Source of the DNA: Chlamydiota bacterium
Lineage (GTDB): Bacteria > Auribacterota > Tritonobacteria > UBA1439
Assembly (NCBI GenBank): GCA_037133055.1
Contig: JBAXOY010000004.1
Coordinates: 1-54,452, forward strand
Length of the DNA stretch: 54,452 bases
Reading direction: 5' to 3'
The translations under genes were made by a program, and so were the position numbers. Numbering within the stretch: the first letter of the stretch is position 1; each line of letters opens with the position of its first letter. Positions 25,948 through 37,328 of this stretch are shown in pieces. The notes beneath the pieces are model-generated. The model did no database searches. It worked only from the letters and a program-made list of their open reading frames with translations, and was not told where the DNA came from.

Positions 25948-26850
25948 TTATTCAAAGCATGCCAGGGTGACGAACTGGCGGTAGCGGTAGGCGATCTCCT
26001 TGTCGGTGAGCGTCCGCATCCGGTCGAGGCTGAAATCCTCCACGTTGAACGACGCCATCACGCTCCCGTAGATGACCGCCTGCCGGAGGGTCTTCCAGTC
26101 CGTCTTCTTCTCCCGCGCAAGGTGCCCTATGAACCCGCCCGCGAAGGTGTCCCCGGCGCCTGTCGGGTCCGTGATATCCTCCATCGGGAACCCGGGGGCC
26201 GAGAATATCCCCTCCCTGCCGAAGAGGAGCGCGCCGTGCTCCCCCTTCTTGATGACCACGTTCGACGGCCCCCACGCCATGATCATCTTCGCCGCCTTCA
26301 CGAGGTTCAACTGCTGTGTGAGCTGGCGCGCCTCCGCCTCGTTGAGCACGACGATGTTCACCTTTTTGAGGAGCGCGATGAGCGCGTCCTTTTTCCCCTG
26401 GATCCAGAAGTTCATCGTGTCGCAGGCGACGAGCTTCGGATTCTCCATCTGATTGAGCACCAACATCTGGAGCTCGGGATCGATGTTTGCGAGGAACAAA
26501 TACCCCTTGTTCCGGTACTCCTTCGGTATCTCGGGCTTGAACTGCTCGAAGACGTTGAGGCAGGTCGAATGGGTGATCGCCTCGTTCATGTCGTACTTGT
26601 ACGACCCGACCCAGTGGAACGTCTTTCCGTCGAGCACCTTCAGCCCCTTCGTGTTGATCTTCCGGGATTTCAGGAACTCGATGTGCTCCTTCGGGAAGTC
26701 CTTCCCCACCACCGCGACAAGGTTCACCGGCGCGAAGAAGCTCGCCGAGACGGAGAAGAACGTCGCCGAGCCGCCGAGCGCCCGCTCCCGCTTCCCGAAC
26801 GGCGTCTCCACGGTGTCCAGCGCCACCGATCCCACCACGAGAATGCTCAT
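25948..26850 (-). CDS. PfkB/ribokinase-family carbohydrate kinase
   Basis: VVGSVALD, LGGSA, NEAEA, DPTGAGDTFAGG. Confidence 0.93.
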   Translation of the reverse strand: MSILVVGSVALDTVETPFGKRERALGGSATFFSVSASFFAPVNLVAVVGKDFPKEHIEFLKSRKINTKGLKVLDGKTFHWVGSYKYDMNEAITHSTCLNVFEQFKPEIPKEYRNKGYLFLANIDPELQMLVLNQMENPKLVACDTMNFWIQGKKDALIALLKKVNIVVLNEAEARQLTQQLNLVKAAKMIMAWGPSNVVIKKGEHGALLFGREGIFSAPGFPMEDITDPTGAGDTFAGGFIGHLAREKKTDWKTLRQAVIYGSVMASFNVEDFSLDRMRTLTDKEIAYRYRQFVTLACFE

Positions 26851-26873
26851 CTGCACGTCCTTTCTTTGAACTT

Positions 26874-26916
26874 CACCCCTGCCCTGACCCTCCCCCTTCG
26901 GAGGGGGAGGGGAAAA
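26874..26916 (+). repeat. REP-like palindromic repeat, copy 2
   Basis: CACCCCTGCCCTGACCCTCCCCCT-TCGG-AGGGGGAGGGGAAAA. Confidence 0.8.
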
Positions 26917-26947
26917 GCAGGGCAGCTTCCGCGGACACGTTATTACT

Positions 26948-28255
26948 CTATCCGCGACCCTTCTTCAAGTGTTTTTCAACGACTTTAATGGCGCAGTAGT
27001 CCCCACACATCGTGCAGACGTCGGAGGTGCGCGGCGGGCTCGCCTTCCGGATCGCCCGGGCTTTCGCCGGGTCGAGCGCGAGCGCGAGCATCCCCTCCCA
27101 GTCCCGCGCCCTGCGCTTCCGCGACATCGCGAGGTCCCAGTCGGCGGCGCCGGAGACTCCCTTCGCGAGGTCGGCCGCGTGGGCGGCGATCCGGGCCGTG
27201 ATCACCCCCTCGCGAACATCGTCCGGCCCCGGCAGGCCCAGGTGCTCGGTCGGGGTCACGTAGCAGAGGAAATCAGCCCCCGCCGCTCCCGCCACGGCGC
27301 CTCCGATCGCGCACGCGATATGGTCATAGCCCGGGGCGACATCGGTCACGAGCGGCCCCAGGACGTAGAACGGCGCGCCCCCGCAGACCTCCTTCTCGAT
27401 TTTCACGTTCTCCTCGATCCGGTGGATCGGCACGTGCCCCGGGCCCTCGATCATCACCTGCACCCCCTCGCGGTGCGCGTGGGCGCGGAGCTCCCCGAGC
27501 GTGAGCAGCTCCTGGAACTGCGCCCGGTCGTTGGCATCCGCGATGCACCCCGGCCGCATCGCGTCCCCCAGGCTGAGCGCCATGTCGTGGCGCGCCGCGA
27601 TCTCTACCAGCCGGCCGAAATCGCGGTAGAGCGGGTTCTCCCTCCCGTTCGCGACCATCCAGGTCACCAGAAACGCCCCCCCGCGGCTCACGATGTCCAT
27701 GACGCGCCCCTGTTTCTTCAGGCGCTCGAGGGCGGCGAGCGTCGCGCCGCAGTGGACGGTGACGAAGTCCACTCCGTCCCTGCCGTGCTCCTCGATCGCC
27801 TCGAAGATCTCGTCCTCCGTCATCGAGGCGATGCCGCCGCCCGCCCGGGCCCGCGCCACGGCGGCCTGGTAGATCGGCACCGTGCCGAGGGGGACGGGGC
27901 AGGCCGCGATGATCTTTTTCCGCATCGCCGCGAGGTCTCCCCCCGTCGAGAGGTCCATCACCGCGTCGGCGCCCGCGTCGACGGCGGCCTTGAGTTTCTC
28001 GATCTCGAGAGAGGGCTTCGCGCAGTCGGCGGAGGTGCCGATGTTCGCGTTGACCTTGGTCCTCAGGCCCCGGCCGATGCCGCACGGCGCGGCGCGGCGA
28101 TGGAGCCGGTTCCGGAGAATCACCACCGTCCCCGCGGCCACGGACTCCATCACGTACTCGGGTCTAACCCGTTCGGCGCGCGCGACGGCGCGCATCTCAG
28201 GGGTGATCCGTCCCTTTCTCGCCTCGATGATCTGCAGCACGGGTTTTGTGCTCAT
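26948..28255 (-). CDS. thiC: Phosphomethylpyrimidine synthase
   Basis: TKVNANIGTS, MDLSTGG, GTVPIYQA, IVSRGG, EGPGHVP, CYVTPTEH, CTMCG..C; adjacent to thiE. Confidence 0.96.
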   Translation of the reverse strand: MSTKPVLQIIEARKGRITPEMRAVARAERVRPEYVMESVAAGTVVILRNRLHRRAAPCGIGRGLRTKVNANIGTSADCAKPSLEIEKLKAAVDAGADAVMDLSTGGDLAAMRKKIIAACPVPLGTVPIYQAAVARARAGGGIASMTEDEIFEAIEEHGRDGVDFVTVHCGATLAALERLKKQGRVMDIVSRGGAFLVTWMVANGRENPLYRDFGRLVEIAARHDMALSLGDAMRPGCIADANDRAQFQELLTLGELRAHAHREGVQVMIEGPGHVPIHRIEENVKIEKEVCGGAPFYVLGPLVTDVAPGYDHIACAIGGAVAGAAGADFLCYVTPTEHLGLPGPDDVREGVITARIAAHAADLAKGVSGAADWDLAMSRKRRARDWEGMLALALDPAKARAIRKASPPRTSDVCTMCGDYCAIKVVEKHLKKGRG

Positions 28256-29022
28256 GAATTCAACCCCGATCCATGCGCCCTGACGAAACGCCCGATCTCC
28301 TCGACGATCCCGCGCGCGGCTTCTCCCGGGTCCGCCGCAGAGAGCACCGCGGAGGCGACCGCGACACCTGAAGCCCCCGCCGCAAGCACCTCGGCCGCGC
28401 GCGCCCGCGTGATTCCTCCGATGGCGACCACCGGAATCCCCGGCGTCCGGACGCCGACATTTTCCGCTGCGGTCCTCCCCCCCTCCCTATCCCTCCCCCT
28501 CACAGGGGGAGGGGAATGATGGCGTTCACGGATCCGCGAGGGGAGATCCCCCGCCGCGCGGCATATCGCCGCGAGGCCCGCCACGCCGAGAGGCGCGGCG
28601 TCGCCCTTCGTGGTCGTGGGGTACACCGCGCCCGCGCCGAGATAGTCGGCCCCCTCGTCTCTCGCGCGCAACGCCTCGTCGACCGTCTGCGCACTCCGGC
28701 CGATGATCTTCCCCGGGCCGAGGAGCCGCCGGGCCTCCCCCACCGCCATGTCCGACGCCCCGAGGTGCACCCCGTCCGCGTGACGCGACGCCGCGAGGTG
28801 CGCGCGATCGTTGACGAGGAGCCTCGCCCCCCCCGACCGACAGAGGGGACCGAGCCGCGCGAGCTCCCCGGCGACTTCCTCGTCCGACGCCCGTTTGTCC
28901 CGGTATTGGAACCAGCCGGCGCCCGCGTCGAGCAGCGACCGCAGCACCGCGGCGGGGTCGCGGTCGCCGAGAAGGGCCCTATCGAGGATGATATAGAGGC
29001 CGATGCGTGATCGCGTCGTCAT
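28252..29022 (-). CDS. thiE: Thiamine-phosphate synthase with an in-frame ~36 aa insertion
   Basis: QYRDK, VNDR, DGVHLG, IIGRS, PTTTK, PVVAIGGI, GVAVASA. Confidence 0.93.
   Translation of the reverse strand: MTTRSRIGLYIILDRALLGDRDPAAVLRSLLDAGAGWFQYRDKRASDEEVAGELARLGPLCRSGGARLLVNDRAHLAASRHADGVHLGASDMAVGEARRLLGPGKIIGRSAQTVDEALRARDEGADYLGAGAVYPTTTKGDAAPLGVAGLAAICRAAGDLPSRIRERHHSPPPVRGRDREGGRTAAENVGVRTPGIPVVAIGGITRARAAEVLAAGASGVAVASAVLSAADPGEAARGIVEEIGRFVRAHGSGLNS
28477..28516 (+). repeat. REP-like palindromic repeat, copy 3 (inside thiE)
   Basis: CCCCCCCTCCCTATCCCTCCCCCT-CAC-AGGGGGAGGGGAA. Confidence 0.82.
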
Positions 29023-29054
29023 GCAAAGTCCCGGGGGCTATCCGCAGAGCAGGA

Positions 29055-29094
29055 ACACCCCCACCCCTACCCCGTCACGGGGGGAGGGAGAAAA
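29055..29094 (+). repeat. REP-like palindromic repeat, copy 4 (degenerate)
   Basis: CACCCCCACCCCTACCCCGTCACGGGGGGAGGGAGAAAA. Confidence 0.65.
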
Positions 29095-29104
29095 GGCCGC
29101 GCGC

Positions 29105-29605
29105 TCATCGGCCGGGTTTTTTCGCGTGAGACCGGAGCCGCGCTGCCTTCGCGATGAGGCCCGTGGTGGACCGGCCCTCGATCAGCGGGATGATGACCAC
29201 CCTGCCCCCCGCCGCCTCGACGGTCTCGCGCCCCGCCACGTCTCCCGGCCGGTAGTCGCCACCCTTGACGATGACGTCCGGCACGAGCTCCGCGACGAGC
29301 GCGGCGGGCGTGTCCTCCTCGAACACCGTGACGTAATCCACGGCTTCGAGCGCGGCGAGCATCTCCGCCCGGTCCGCCTCGGGCACGAGCGGCCTCCCGG
29401 CCCCCTTGAGCCGTTTCACCGACCCGTCGCTGTTCACGCCCACGACGAGGGCGTCGCCGAGCGCCCGGGCTTCCCGGAGGTAGCGGGCATGGCCTAGGTG
29501 CAGGATATCGAAGCAGCCGTTCGTGAAGACAACGATCTTCCCGGCCGCCTTCAGGCGGCGGGCCTCGGCCCGCATCTCCTTCCTCGATAGGATTTTATTT
29601 TTCAT
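29105..29605 (-). CDS. rfaE2: D-glycero-beta-D-manno-heptose 1-phosphate adenylyltransferase (stand-alone HldE domain II)
   Basis: [34 protein letters not shown]. Confidence 0.95.
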   Translation of the reverse strand: MKNKILSRKEMRAEARRLKAAGKIVVFTNGCFDILHLGHARYLREARALGDALVVGVNSDGSVKRLKGAGRPLVPEADRAEMLAALEAVDYVTVFEEDTPAALVAELVPDVIVKGGDYRPGDVAGRETVEAAGGRVVIIPLIEGRSTTGLIAKAARLRSHAKKPGR

Positions 29606-29619
29606 GATGAAAGAAAACT

Positions 29620-29661
29620 CACCCCCACCCCAACCCTCCCCCTTCACAGGGGGAGGAGAAA
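29620..29661 (+). repeat. REP-like palindromic repeat, copy 5
   Basis: CACCCCCACCCCAACCCTCCCCCT-TCAC-AGGGGGAGGAGAAA. Confidence 0.8.
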
Positions 29662-29705
29662 CAAGAATGGAGTCCCCGCGTCTCCGGCACGTGCACGGGC
29701 GGGGA

Positions 29706-30278
29706 TCACTTCCCGAAGAGCGACTGCTCGACGAGGCCGCAAAGGATATGGCCCAGCGCGGCGTGGACTTCCTGGATGCGGGGCGACAGCTTCGAGGGGA
29801 CGGTGATGCAGAGGTCTGCCTGACGGGCGAGCGGCCCCCCGTCTCTCCCGCTCAGTGCGAGCACCCGCATCTTCAGACGTTTTGCCGCGCAGACGGCCTC
29901 AAGTATATTGGGCGATTTCCCGCTCGTGGAGACCGCCAGGAGCAGATCCCCTTCCCTCCCGTGCGCGGCGACCTGCCGGGCGAAGACATGCTCGAAGCCG
30001 TAGTCGTTCCCGATGGCGGTGAGCACGGCGGTGTCGGCGGAGAGGGCGATGCACCGGAGCGGCGCGCGCTCGATCATGAACCGCCCCACGAGCTCCCCGG
30101 CGAAATGCTGCGCGTCGGCGGCGCTGCCGCCGTTCCCGCAGATGAGGAGCATACCGCCCTTCCCGAGGCAGTCCGCCAGGATCCCGGCCATCCGGCAGAT
30201 CGTCCCGGACTCCTCCTTCGAGATCCTGAGCATGAGCGCGGCCGACTCACCGAGCTCGGCCTCGACCCGCTCCCGCAT
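29706..30278 (-). CDS. gmhA: D-sedoheptulose-7-phosphate isomerase
   Basis: [33 protein letters not shown] 30278 lies just after the pfk stop (alternative start 30308). Confidence 0.95.
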   Translation of the reverse strand: MRERVEAELGESAALMLRISKEESGTICRMAGILADCLGKGGMLLICGNGGSAADAQHFAGELVGRFMIERAPLRCIALSADTAVLTAIGNDYGFEHVFARQVAAHGREGDLLLAVSTSGKSPNILEAVCAAKRLKMRVLALSGRDGGPLARQADLCITVPSKLSPRIQEVHAALGHILCGLVEQSLFGK

Positions 30279-30279
30279 C

Positions 30280-31305
30280 CTAGATAAAGAAAGCGCGGGC
30301 TTCTTCATAGAGCTCCGGACTCACCGTCCTCAGTTTCGACACCGCGTCCGACAGGGGGACGGAGGTCACCTGGTTTCCCTGGAGGCTCACCATCCGGCCG
30401 AATTTCCCCGCCGCGATTAGCTCGACCGCGTGCAGCCCGAACCGGAGGCCGATGTACCGGTCGAGGGCCGAGGGCCTTCCGCCGCGCTGGAGATGCCCCA
30501 GGACGACGTGCCGCGTTTCGTACCCGGTCCGCTTCTGGATCTCCGCGGCGAGCCGCTCGCCGATGCCGCCGAGCCTGACGTGTCCGAACGCGTCCTTCTC
30601 ACCGCCCTGGAGATGCATGTCCCCGCCGAGCTCCGCGCCCTCCGCCACCGCCACGATGCTGAAGTCGGAGTAGTTCTCGTGGCGCTCCCTGAGCACCCGG
30701 CACAGGTCGTCGAGGTCGGTCTTCACCTCGGGGATGAGGATGTAGGTCGCCCCGCCCGCGAGCCCGGCCCAGAGCGCCATCCACCCGGCGTGCCGGCCCA
30801 TGATCTCGACGACCATCACGCGCTCGTGCGACTCCGCGGTCGTGCTCAGGCGGTCGCAGGCCTCCATCGCGGTGTTGATGGCGGTGTCGAACCCGAAGGT
30901 GCGGTCGGTGCCCGAGAGGTCGTTGTCGATGGTTTTCGGGACCCCCACCGTGGGGAGCCCCGCGTCAAACATCTTCTTCGCCGCGCCGAGCGTGTCGTCC
31001 CCGCCGATGGCGACCAGGGCGAAGAGCCCCATCTTCCGGAAGTTCTCCATGACCTTCTGCATAAGATTGTCGTTCGTGCACGGGTTGGTGCGCGAGGTCC
31101 TGATGATGGTGCCGCCCTCGCGCACGATGCCGAGGATGTCCTTGAGGCCGAGCGGCGTTTCGTCGCACTCGATCATCCCCTTCCAGCCGCGCCGGATCCC
31201 CGCCACCTCGTACCCCTCGATCATCGCCTTCCGCACGACGCCCGCGATGACCGGGTTCAGGCCCGGGCAGTCGCCGCCGCCGGTGAGGACCCCTATCTTC
31301 TTCAT
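30280..31305 (-). CDS. pfkA: 6-phosphofructokinase, short group-III type, PPi-type signature
   Basis: TGGGDCPG, GGDDT, PKTIDND, MGRHAG, LGHLQRGG. Confidence 0.93.
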   Translation of the reverse strand: MKKIGVLTGGGDCPGLNPVIAGVVRKAMIEGYEVAGIRRGWKGMIECDETPLGLKDILGIVREGGTIIRTSRTNPCTNDNLMQKVMENFRKMGLFALVAIGGDDTLGAAKKMFDAGLPTVGVPKTIDNDLSGTDRTFGFDTAINTAMEACDRLSTTAESHERVMVVEIMGRHAGWMALWAGLAGGATYILIPEVKTDLDDLCRVLRERHENYSDFSIVAVAEGAELGGDMHLQGGEKDAFGHVRLGGIGERLAAEIQKRTGYETRHVVLGHLQRGGRPSALDRYIGLRFGLHAVELIAAGKFGRMVSLQGNQVTSVPLSDAVSKLRTVSPELYEEARAFFI

Positions 31306-31341
31306 GCGCGCTCCTCCGGATTCCAGTGACGAGAATGACCT

Positions 31342-31911
31342 TCAATCAATCGTATCGTCCGCGCTCGCGTCGCCCTCGCCCGCCGCGTCCCCCAGTATCT
31401 TGCCCACGCTGACGCTCACCTCGCTCACGTTGATCCCGAGCGAGTCCTGGACCTTGTTCTTGATGGCATTCTGCATCTCCTCGCTGAGCCGCGGGATATT
31501 GGCCCCCGACCAGACGTCCATCCGTATGGCGATGCCGATCCCCTCGGCGCCGGCGTGGATCCTCGGCACCAGGCTCTTCACCCCGCTGAAGTCGGCCCCG
31601 GCGCGGCGGATGAAGTCCTCGACCGCGTCCATGGAGATCGCCACTTCGCCGCTCGGGTTGTCGAAGGCGATGCACTGCTCGCGCCGCATCTCCCGCATCT
31701 TGAGCAGGATGACCCCCGCCCCCGCGGCGACGAGGATGAGGCCCGCGCGCCAGTTCCACGGGGAGGAGAAGAGGCGCGCCGCGGTCTCCGCGGGGTTGAA
31801 CGGCATCGGCGCGAGGCCGGCCTCCGCGAGAAACGACCAGAGCATGATGACCCCGAGCGACAGGGCGACGGCGATGAAGATGACCAGCAGCGCGGATCGT
31901 ATGAATGTCAT
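31342..31911 (-). CDS. AmaP-like membrane anchor with Asp23-like C-terminal domain
   Basis: Two TM helices, then GEVAIS.DAVED, and .Q..IK..V...LGI.V..V.V.V; downstream of accBC. Confidence 0.75.
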   Translation of the reverse strand: MTFIRSALLVIFIAVALSLGVIMLWSFLAEAGLAPMPFNPAETAARLFSSPWNWRAGLILVAAGAGVILLKMREMRREQCIAFDNPSGEVAISMDAVEDFIRRAGADFSGVKSLVPRIHAGAEGIGIAIRMDVWSGANIPRLSEEMQNAIKNKVQDSLGINVSEVSVSVGKILGDAAGEGDASADDTID

Positions 31912-31953
31912 TGCTCCCCCCCCCCGGTAGAACCGATTGTCATTATCAGCGCC

Positions 31954-33315
<1,362 letters not shown>

Positions 33316-33330
33316 GCCCGTCCCCCGGCC

Positions 33331-33765
33331 CTATCCGATCCTGAAAAGCCTCTTCCCGAACTCGACGGCCTCGCCGTTCTCCGCGAGGACCTCGATGATT
33401 CTGCCCTTTCGCTCGGCCTTGATTTCGTTCATCACCTTCATCGCCTCGATGATGCAGACGGTGGTGTTCTCGTCCACCTCCTGCCCGACCTCGGCGTACG
33501 GTTTCGAATCGGACGAAGGGGCCGCGTAGAAGGTCCCCACCATCGGTGACATGATATAGACGCCCTCGGGCTCCTTCTTCTCCGGCTCCGCGTGCGGGGG
33601 GGGCGCCGCTGCCGGGGCGGCCGCCGTTTGCGTGATGGCGGGCGCCTGGTCGGGCCGCGAGCCTTTCCTGATCGAGAGCTTGAACCCCTCGCGCTCGATC
33701 ACGAACTCGGTGATCTCGTTCTCGTTCATGAGCCCGACGATCTCTTTGATCTCTTTTATGTTCAT
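33331..33765 (-). CDS. accB: Biotin carboxyl carrier protein
   Basis: SPMVGTFY, EAMK biotinylation motif, Ala/Pro linker. Confidence 0.96.
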   Translation of the reverse strand: MNIKEIKEIVGLMNENEITEFVIEREGFKLSIRKGSRPDQAPAITQTAAAPAAAPPPHAEPEKKEPEGVYIMSPMVGTFYAAPSSDSKPYAEVGQEVDENTTVCIIEAMKVMNEIKAERKGRIIEVLAENGEAVEFGKRLFRIG

Positions 33766-34847
33766 AACAGGCTGTCCCCGGGTTCTTTCGCCGAAGCGGT
33801 GAGCACGGCGCACCCGCGCGGCGTTACCGCCACCATGTCCTCGATCCTCACGCCGCCCCAGCCGGGAATGTATATCCCAGGCTCCACCGTAAAAACCATG
33901 CCCGGCTCGAGCCTCTCCCGGTTTTCGCGGCTTATGCGGGGCGCTTCGTGCACTTCGAGGCCTATTCCGTGTCCGAGCGCGTGGCCGAAGTACTTTCCAT
34001 ACCCCGCCGCGGCGATCGACTCCCGCGCGGCGCGGTCGACCTCAGAGACGATGGCCCCGGCTTTTATTGTTTGCAGCGCAAACTGTTGCGCTACGAGAAC
34101 CGCCCGGTACACCTCACCATACCGTGAGGTCACTTTACCCAAATGAAACGTGCGCGTCAAGTCGGAATTGTACCCGCGGGCCCTCGTCCCGAAATCGATG
34201 AGGAGCGGTTCCCCCCCCCGCACGACCGCGGCGCCGGAGCGGTGGTGCGGCATCGCCCCGCGGGGCCCCGCGGCGACGATCGGACGGAACGCCGTCTCCT
34301 CGGCTCCCGCGTCGAACGCCGCGCGATCGAGGAGGGCGGCGATCTCCCGCTCCGTCATGCCGGGCCTGATGCGGGGGCGACACTCGGCGAGGACCGCGTC
34401 GGCCATTCGTGCGAGCCGCCGGAGCAGCGCCAGTTCGGGGGGACTCTTGACCGCTCTGAGCCGTTCCACGAGCGGGGGAGAAGGGGCGAGGCGGCATCCG
34501 CCGCGGCAGGCGCGCCTCATGGCGAGCCATGCGCCGTAGGCGAGCGCGTCGGGCTCGAACGATACCTCGCGAAGCCCGAGTTTCCGGATACGCGCGGCCA
34601 CCGCGGCGAACGACTCCCGGGGGGACACGGCGAGGATGCGGCAGCCGTCCGCCTCGCGTTCGGCCTGGAGCCGGTAGCGAAAATCGGTGATGAGCAGACA
34701 CTCCCGCGCGGAGACGAGGCATCGCGCCGCGCTGCCGGTGAATCCGGTGAGGTAGCGTATGTTCGAAAGGCTTGTGACGAGTAGGCACTCCCGCCCCTCG
34801 TTCCGCATCAGCGTCCGGAGGCGGGCGAGGCGGTCAGGATTTCCCAT
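33762..34847 (-). CDS. Xaa-Pro peptidase (M24B)
   Basis: [46 protein letters not shown]. Confidence 0.95.
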   Translation of the reverse strand: MGNPDRLARLRTLMRNEGRECLLVTSLSNIRYLTGFTGSAARCLVSARECLLITDFRYRLQAEREADGCRILAVSPRESFAAVAARIRKLGLREVSFEPDALAYGAWLAMRRACRGGCRLAPSPPLVERLRAVKSPPELALLRRLARMADAVLAECRPRIRPGMTEREIAALLDRAAFDAGAEETAFRPIVAAGPRGAMPHHRSGAAVVRGGEPLLIDFGTRARGYNSDLTRTFHLGKVTSRYGEVYRAVLVAQQFALQTIKAGAIVSEVDRAARESIAAAGYGKYFGHALGHGIGLEVHEAPRISRENRERLEPGMVFTVEPGIYIPGWGGVRIEDMVAVTPRGCAVLTASAKEPGDSLL

Positions 34848-35286
34848 GCAGGGGCCCCTTGAGCAGTGCCGCGACGGCCCGGAGCCCGAGATAGTAGCTT
34901 CGGGGGCCGAATCCCGAAATCTGGCCGACGGCGACCGGGGCGACGAGCGAGGCACGCCGGAACTCCTCGCGCGCGTGGATGTTGGAGAGATGCACCTCGA
35001 CCGTGGGAATCTTCACGGAGGCGATCGCGTTGCGGATCGCGACGCTTGTGTGGGTGTACGCCGCGGGATTGATCATGATCGCGTCGCAGCGTCCCATCGC
35101 CCCGCCGATCCGGTCCACGATCTCACCCTCGTGGTTCGACTGGACGATCTCGACCTCGATCCCCTCCTCGGCCGCAACCGCCTTGAGGCCCGCGTTGATC
35201 TCCCCGATGGTCGCATTGCCGTACATCTCGGGCTCAAGGACCCCGAGAAGCTGGAGGTTGGGACCGTGAATCACCAGCACCTTCAT
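34834..35286 (-). CDS. aroQ: Type II 3-dehydroquinate dehydratase
   Basis: [31 protein letters not shown]. Confidence 0.96.
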   Translation of the reverse strand: MKVLVIHGPNLQLLGVLEPEMYGNATIGEINAGLKAVAAEEGIEVEIVQSNHEGEIVDRIGGAMGRCDAIMINPAAYTHTSVAIRNAIASVKIPTVEVHLSNIHAREEFRRASLVAPVAVGQISGFGPRSYYLGLRAVAALLKGPLHGKS

Positions 35287-37328
35287 TGCCTGTCCTTCCC
35301 CCCGCGCAGGTCCCGTTCGAGATCCCGAATCTTCTCCGCCGTCATCGCCCGGAGCCTTTCGAGAGACTCGGGGCTGTGGCGGCGGATCCTGCGCGGCTTC
35401 CTTTGCGCCGTCTCGATCAAGGCGAGGCCGCGCCGGTATTCTATCAGAGAGGCCCCTCCCTGTCCGGTTTTTTCGAGCAAATCCCCCATCAATAGACGGT
35501 AGTCCGGGTCGTGGGGATTACACCGGATGGCCCGGCTGAGCTCGGAGATCGCCGCGGCTGCGCCCCGGGGCTCGCGTCCGGCCCCGCAAAGGCGCCAGAG
35601 GCAGATTGCGTAGCTGAAATGATACGACGGAATCCCCGCCCCCAACGCGGCGGCCCGCGCGTAGGAGTCGAGGGCCCGCGCGTCCCCCTCCTCCCGCGCC
35701 CGCGCCCTCGCGAGCAGCATCCAGTAATCCGGGTTGTCGCCCTCGATCGCGATCGCCTTCTCGATCTCGGCCCGTGCCTCCCCCGCCCTCCCCGAATCGG
35801 AATAACGGCCGGCGGAGAGTCGGTGCGCCTCGGCCCTCGCGTGAGGGACGGCGATCCACGCCGCGCCAGCAATCACGAGCGCCGCGAGGGCGATGCCCGC
35901 GGAGGGAGACAGCTTTTTCCATTCCTTGGGCGGAGAGGCGGCGCCCGCGCCGATCCCCGCGAGAAGCCAGACGGTGAACGTCGTCCCCGGGACCACGAGG
36001 CCCACGTCCGCCGCGTCGTGCAGGAGAAACGCGCACAGCGAGACGAACACCGCGGCGCAGAGCGGCTCTTGTCTCCCCTCCCCCGAACGCAGTGCGACAA
36101 GCCATGCGACCGCCATGCAGAGGAACGCCGCGAGACCGGCGACGCCGGTTTCCGCCGCGAGCCCGAGGTACGCGCTGTGCGCCATCCGCCCCTCCTCGGA
36201 GCCGGGCAGCCTGAAGGCGGGGTACGCCCCCGCGAATGTCCCCGGACCCATGCCGGCGAGCGGGTGCGCCCTCCACATCCCGAGGGCCGCGCGCCAGTAA
36301 TCCGCGCGCGCGCCGAGGCTATCCATCAATCCCGCGGGGATTGAGCCGGAGCACCACGCCCCGACACACAGGACGGCGAATGCGAGGACGATGATCCACG
36401 CGGCCCTGAACCGCCCGGCGAACAGGAGCGGAGCCAGCACGCAGGCCGCGCAGAGCGAGAGCCAGGCGCCCTCCGAGGCCGTGAGGGCGAGCGCCCAGAG
36501 AGGAAGTATCGCGATCGGGAATATGCAGAGCGTACGAAGCATGCCCCCCTCGCGCTTCTCCGCGATCCCGAGCCCCGCGGCGAGCGCGGTCACGGCGGCG
36601 AACAGCCCGGCGAGGAGGAGCGGCTTCCCGGCGAGTTCGGGGAAAAAGGCCCACGCGGCCGAGGACGCGGCGAGGAGCGAGAGATACCCCGCGGTCGCCG
36701 CGGAAAGCGCGTCAGTCTTCCGGAACCAGCACACCGAGGCCGTGAAGGGTATCGCCACGACGAGAAAACCGGCGAGGGCGTTCGGGTAGAAGAAGGTCGA
36801 GAAGATTGCGCGCGACAGCAGGCGGCCCATGAAAGCCGAGCCCATGTCGCAGCCCCTCAGCGCCCCCTCGAACGCGGCGCGCGTCTCCGCGAGGCCCTGG
36901 AAATGCTGGTAGAGGCCGTAGAGTGAGACGGCGAGCGCCCCGGCGATCAGGGCGGCGCAGAGCGCGTTGCGCGCGCGACGTGAGACGGACACGTTCGCGG
37001 CCACAAGATAGGCGGCGGTGCAGGCGGCCGTTTGGAAGAGGACCCCCTGCGCGAGCCAGCGCCGCGAGGTCGCGAGGGAGAGGGCGAGGATCACGAGGAA
37101 ATAGAGCAGGACACAGCCGTCCGCCCCCGCCCGCAGGCGCCACCCTCCGTTTCCGAGAGAGGAAACGGCGAGCAGCGCCGCGAGCAGCGCGAGCGCCGCG
37201 AGGGCGATGAACGCGTCGCTCTCCGGGTAGGTGACGCCGGTCCAGAGGAGCCTCACCAGGAGAAGCGCCCCGAGCAGGGCGGCCGCGGCGACCCGCGCCG
37301 CCTCGATGAACCTGCCCCCGCGGCACAT
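35283..37328 (-). CDS. O-antigen ligase/O-oligosaccharyltransferase-like (Wzy_C) membrane protein with C-terminal TPRs
   Basis: Multi-TM; [24 protein letters not shown]...AETG; TPR helices at the C-terminus; TGATG coupling to wecA. Confidence 0.85.
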   Translation of the reverse strand: MCRGGRFIEAARVAAAALLGALLLVRLLWTGVTYPESDAFIALAALALLAALLAVSSLGNGGWRLRAGADGCVLLYFLVILALSLATSRRWLAQGVLFQTAACTAAYLVAANVSVSRRARNALCAALIAGALAVSLYGLYQHFQGLAETRAAFEGALRGCDMGSAFMGRLLSRAIFSTFFYPNALAGFLVVAIPFTASVCWFRKTDALSAATAGYLSLLAASSAAWAFFPELAGKPLLLAGLFAAVTALAAGLGIAEKREGGMLRTLCIFPIAILPLWALALTASEGAWLSLCAACVLAPLLFAGRFRAAWIIVLAFAVLCVGAWCSGSIPAGLMDSLGARADYWRAALGMWRAHPLAGMGPGTFAGAYPAFRLPGSEEGRMAHSAYLGLAAETGVAGLAAFLCMAVAWLVALRSGEGRQEPLCAAVFVSLCAFLLHDAADVGLVVPGTTFTVWLLAGIGAGAASPPKEWKKLSPSAGIALAALVIAGAAWIAVPHARAEAHRLSAGRYSDSGRAGEARAEIEKAIAIEGDNPDYWMLLARARAREEGDARALDSYARAAALGAGIPSYHFSYAICLWRLCGAGREPRGAAAAISELSRAIRCNPHDPDYRLLMGDLLEKTGQGGASLIEYRRGLALIETAQRKPRRIRRHSPESLERLRAMTAEKIRDLERDLRGGKDRQ

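Noticed and set aside
29023-29104. TPP riboswitch upstream of thiE-thiC
   Set aside because: No CTGAGA...CCTGA-type core seen; the spacer is occupied by a palindromic repeat.
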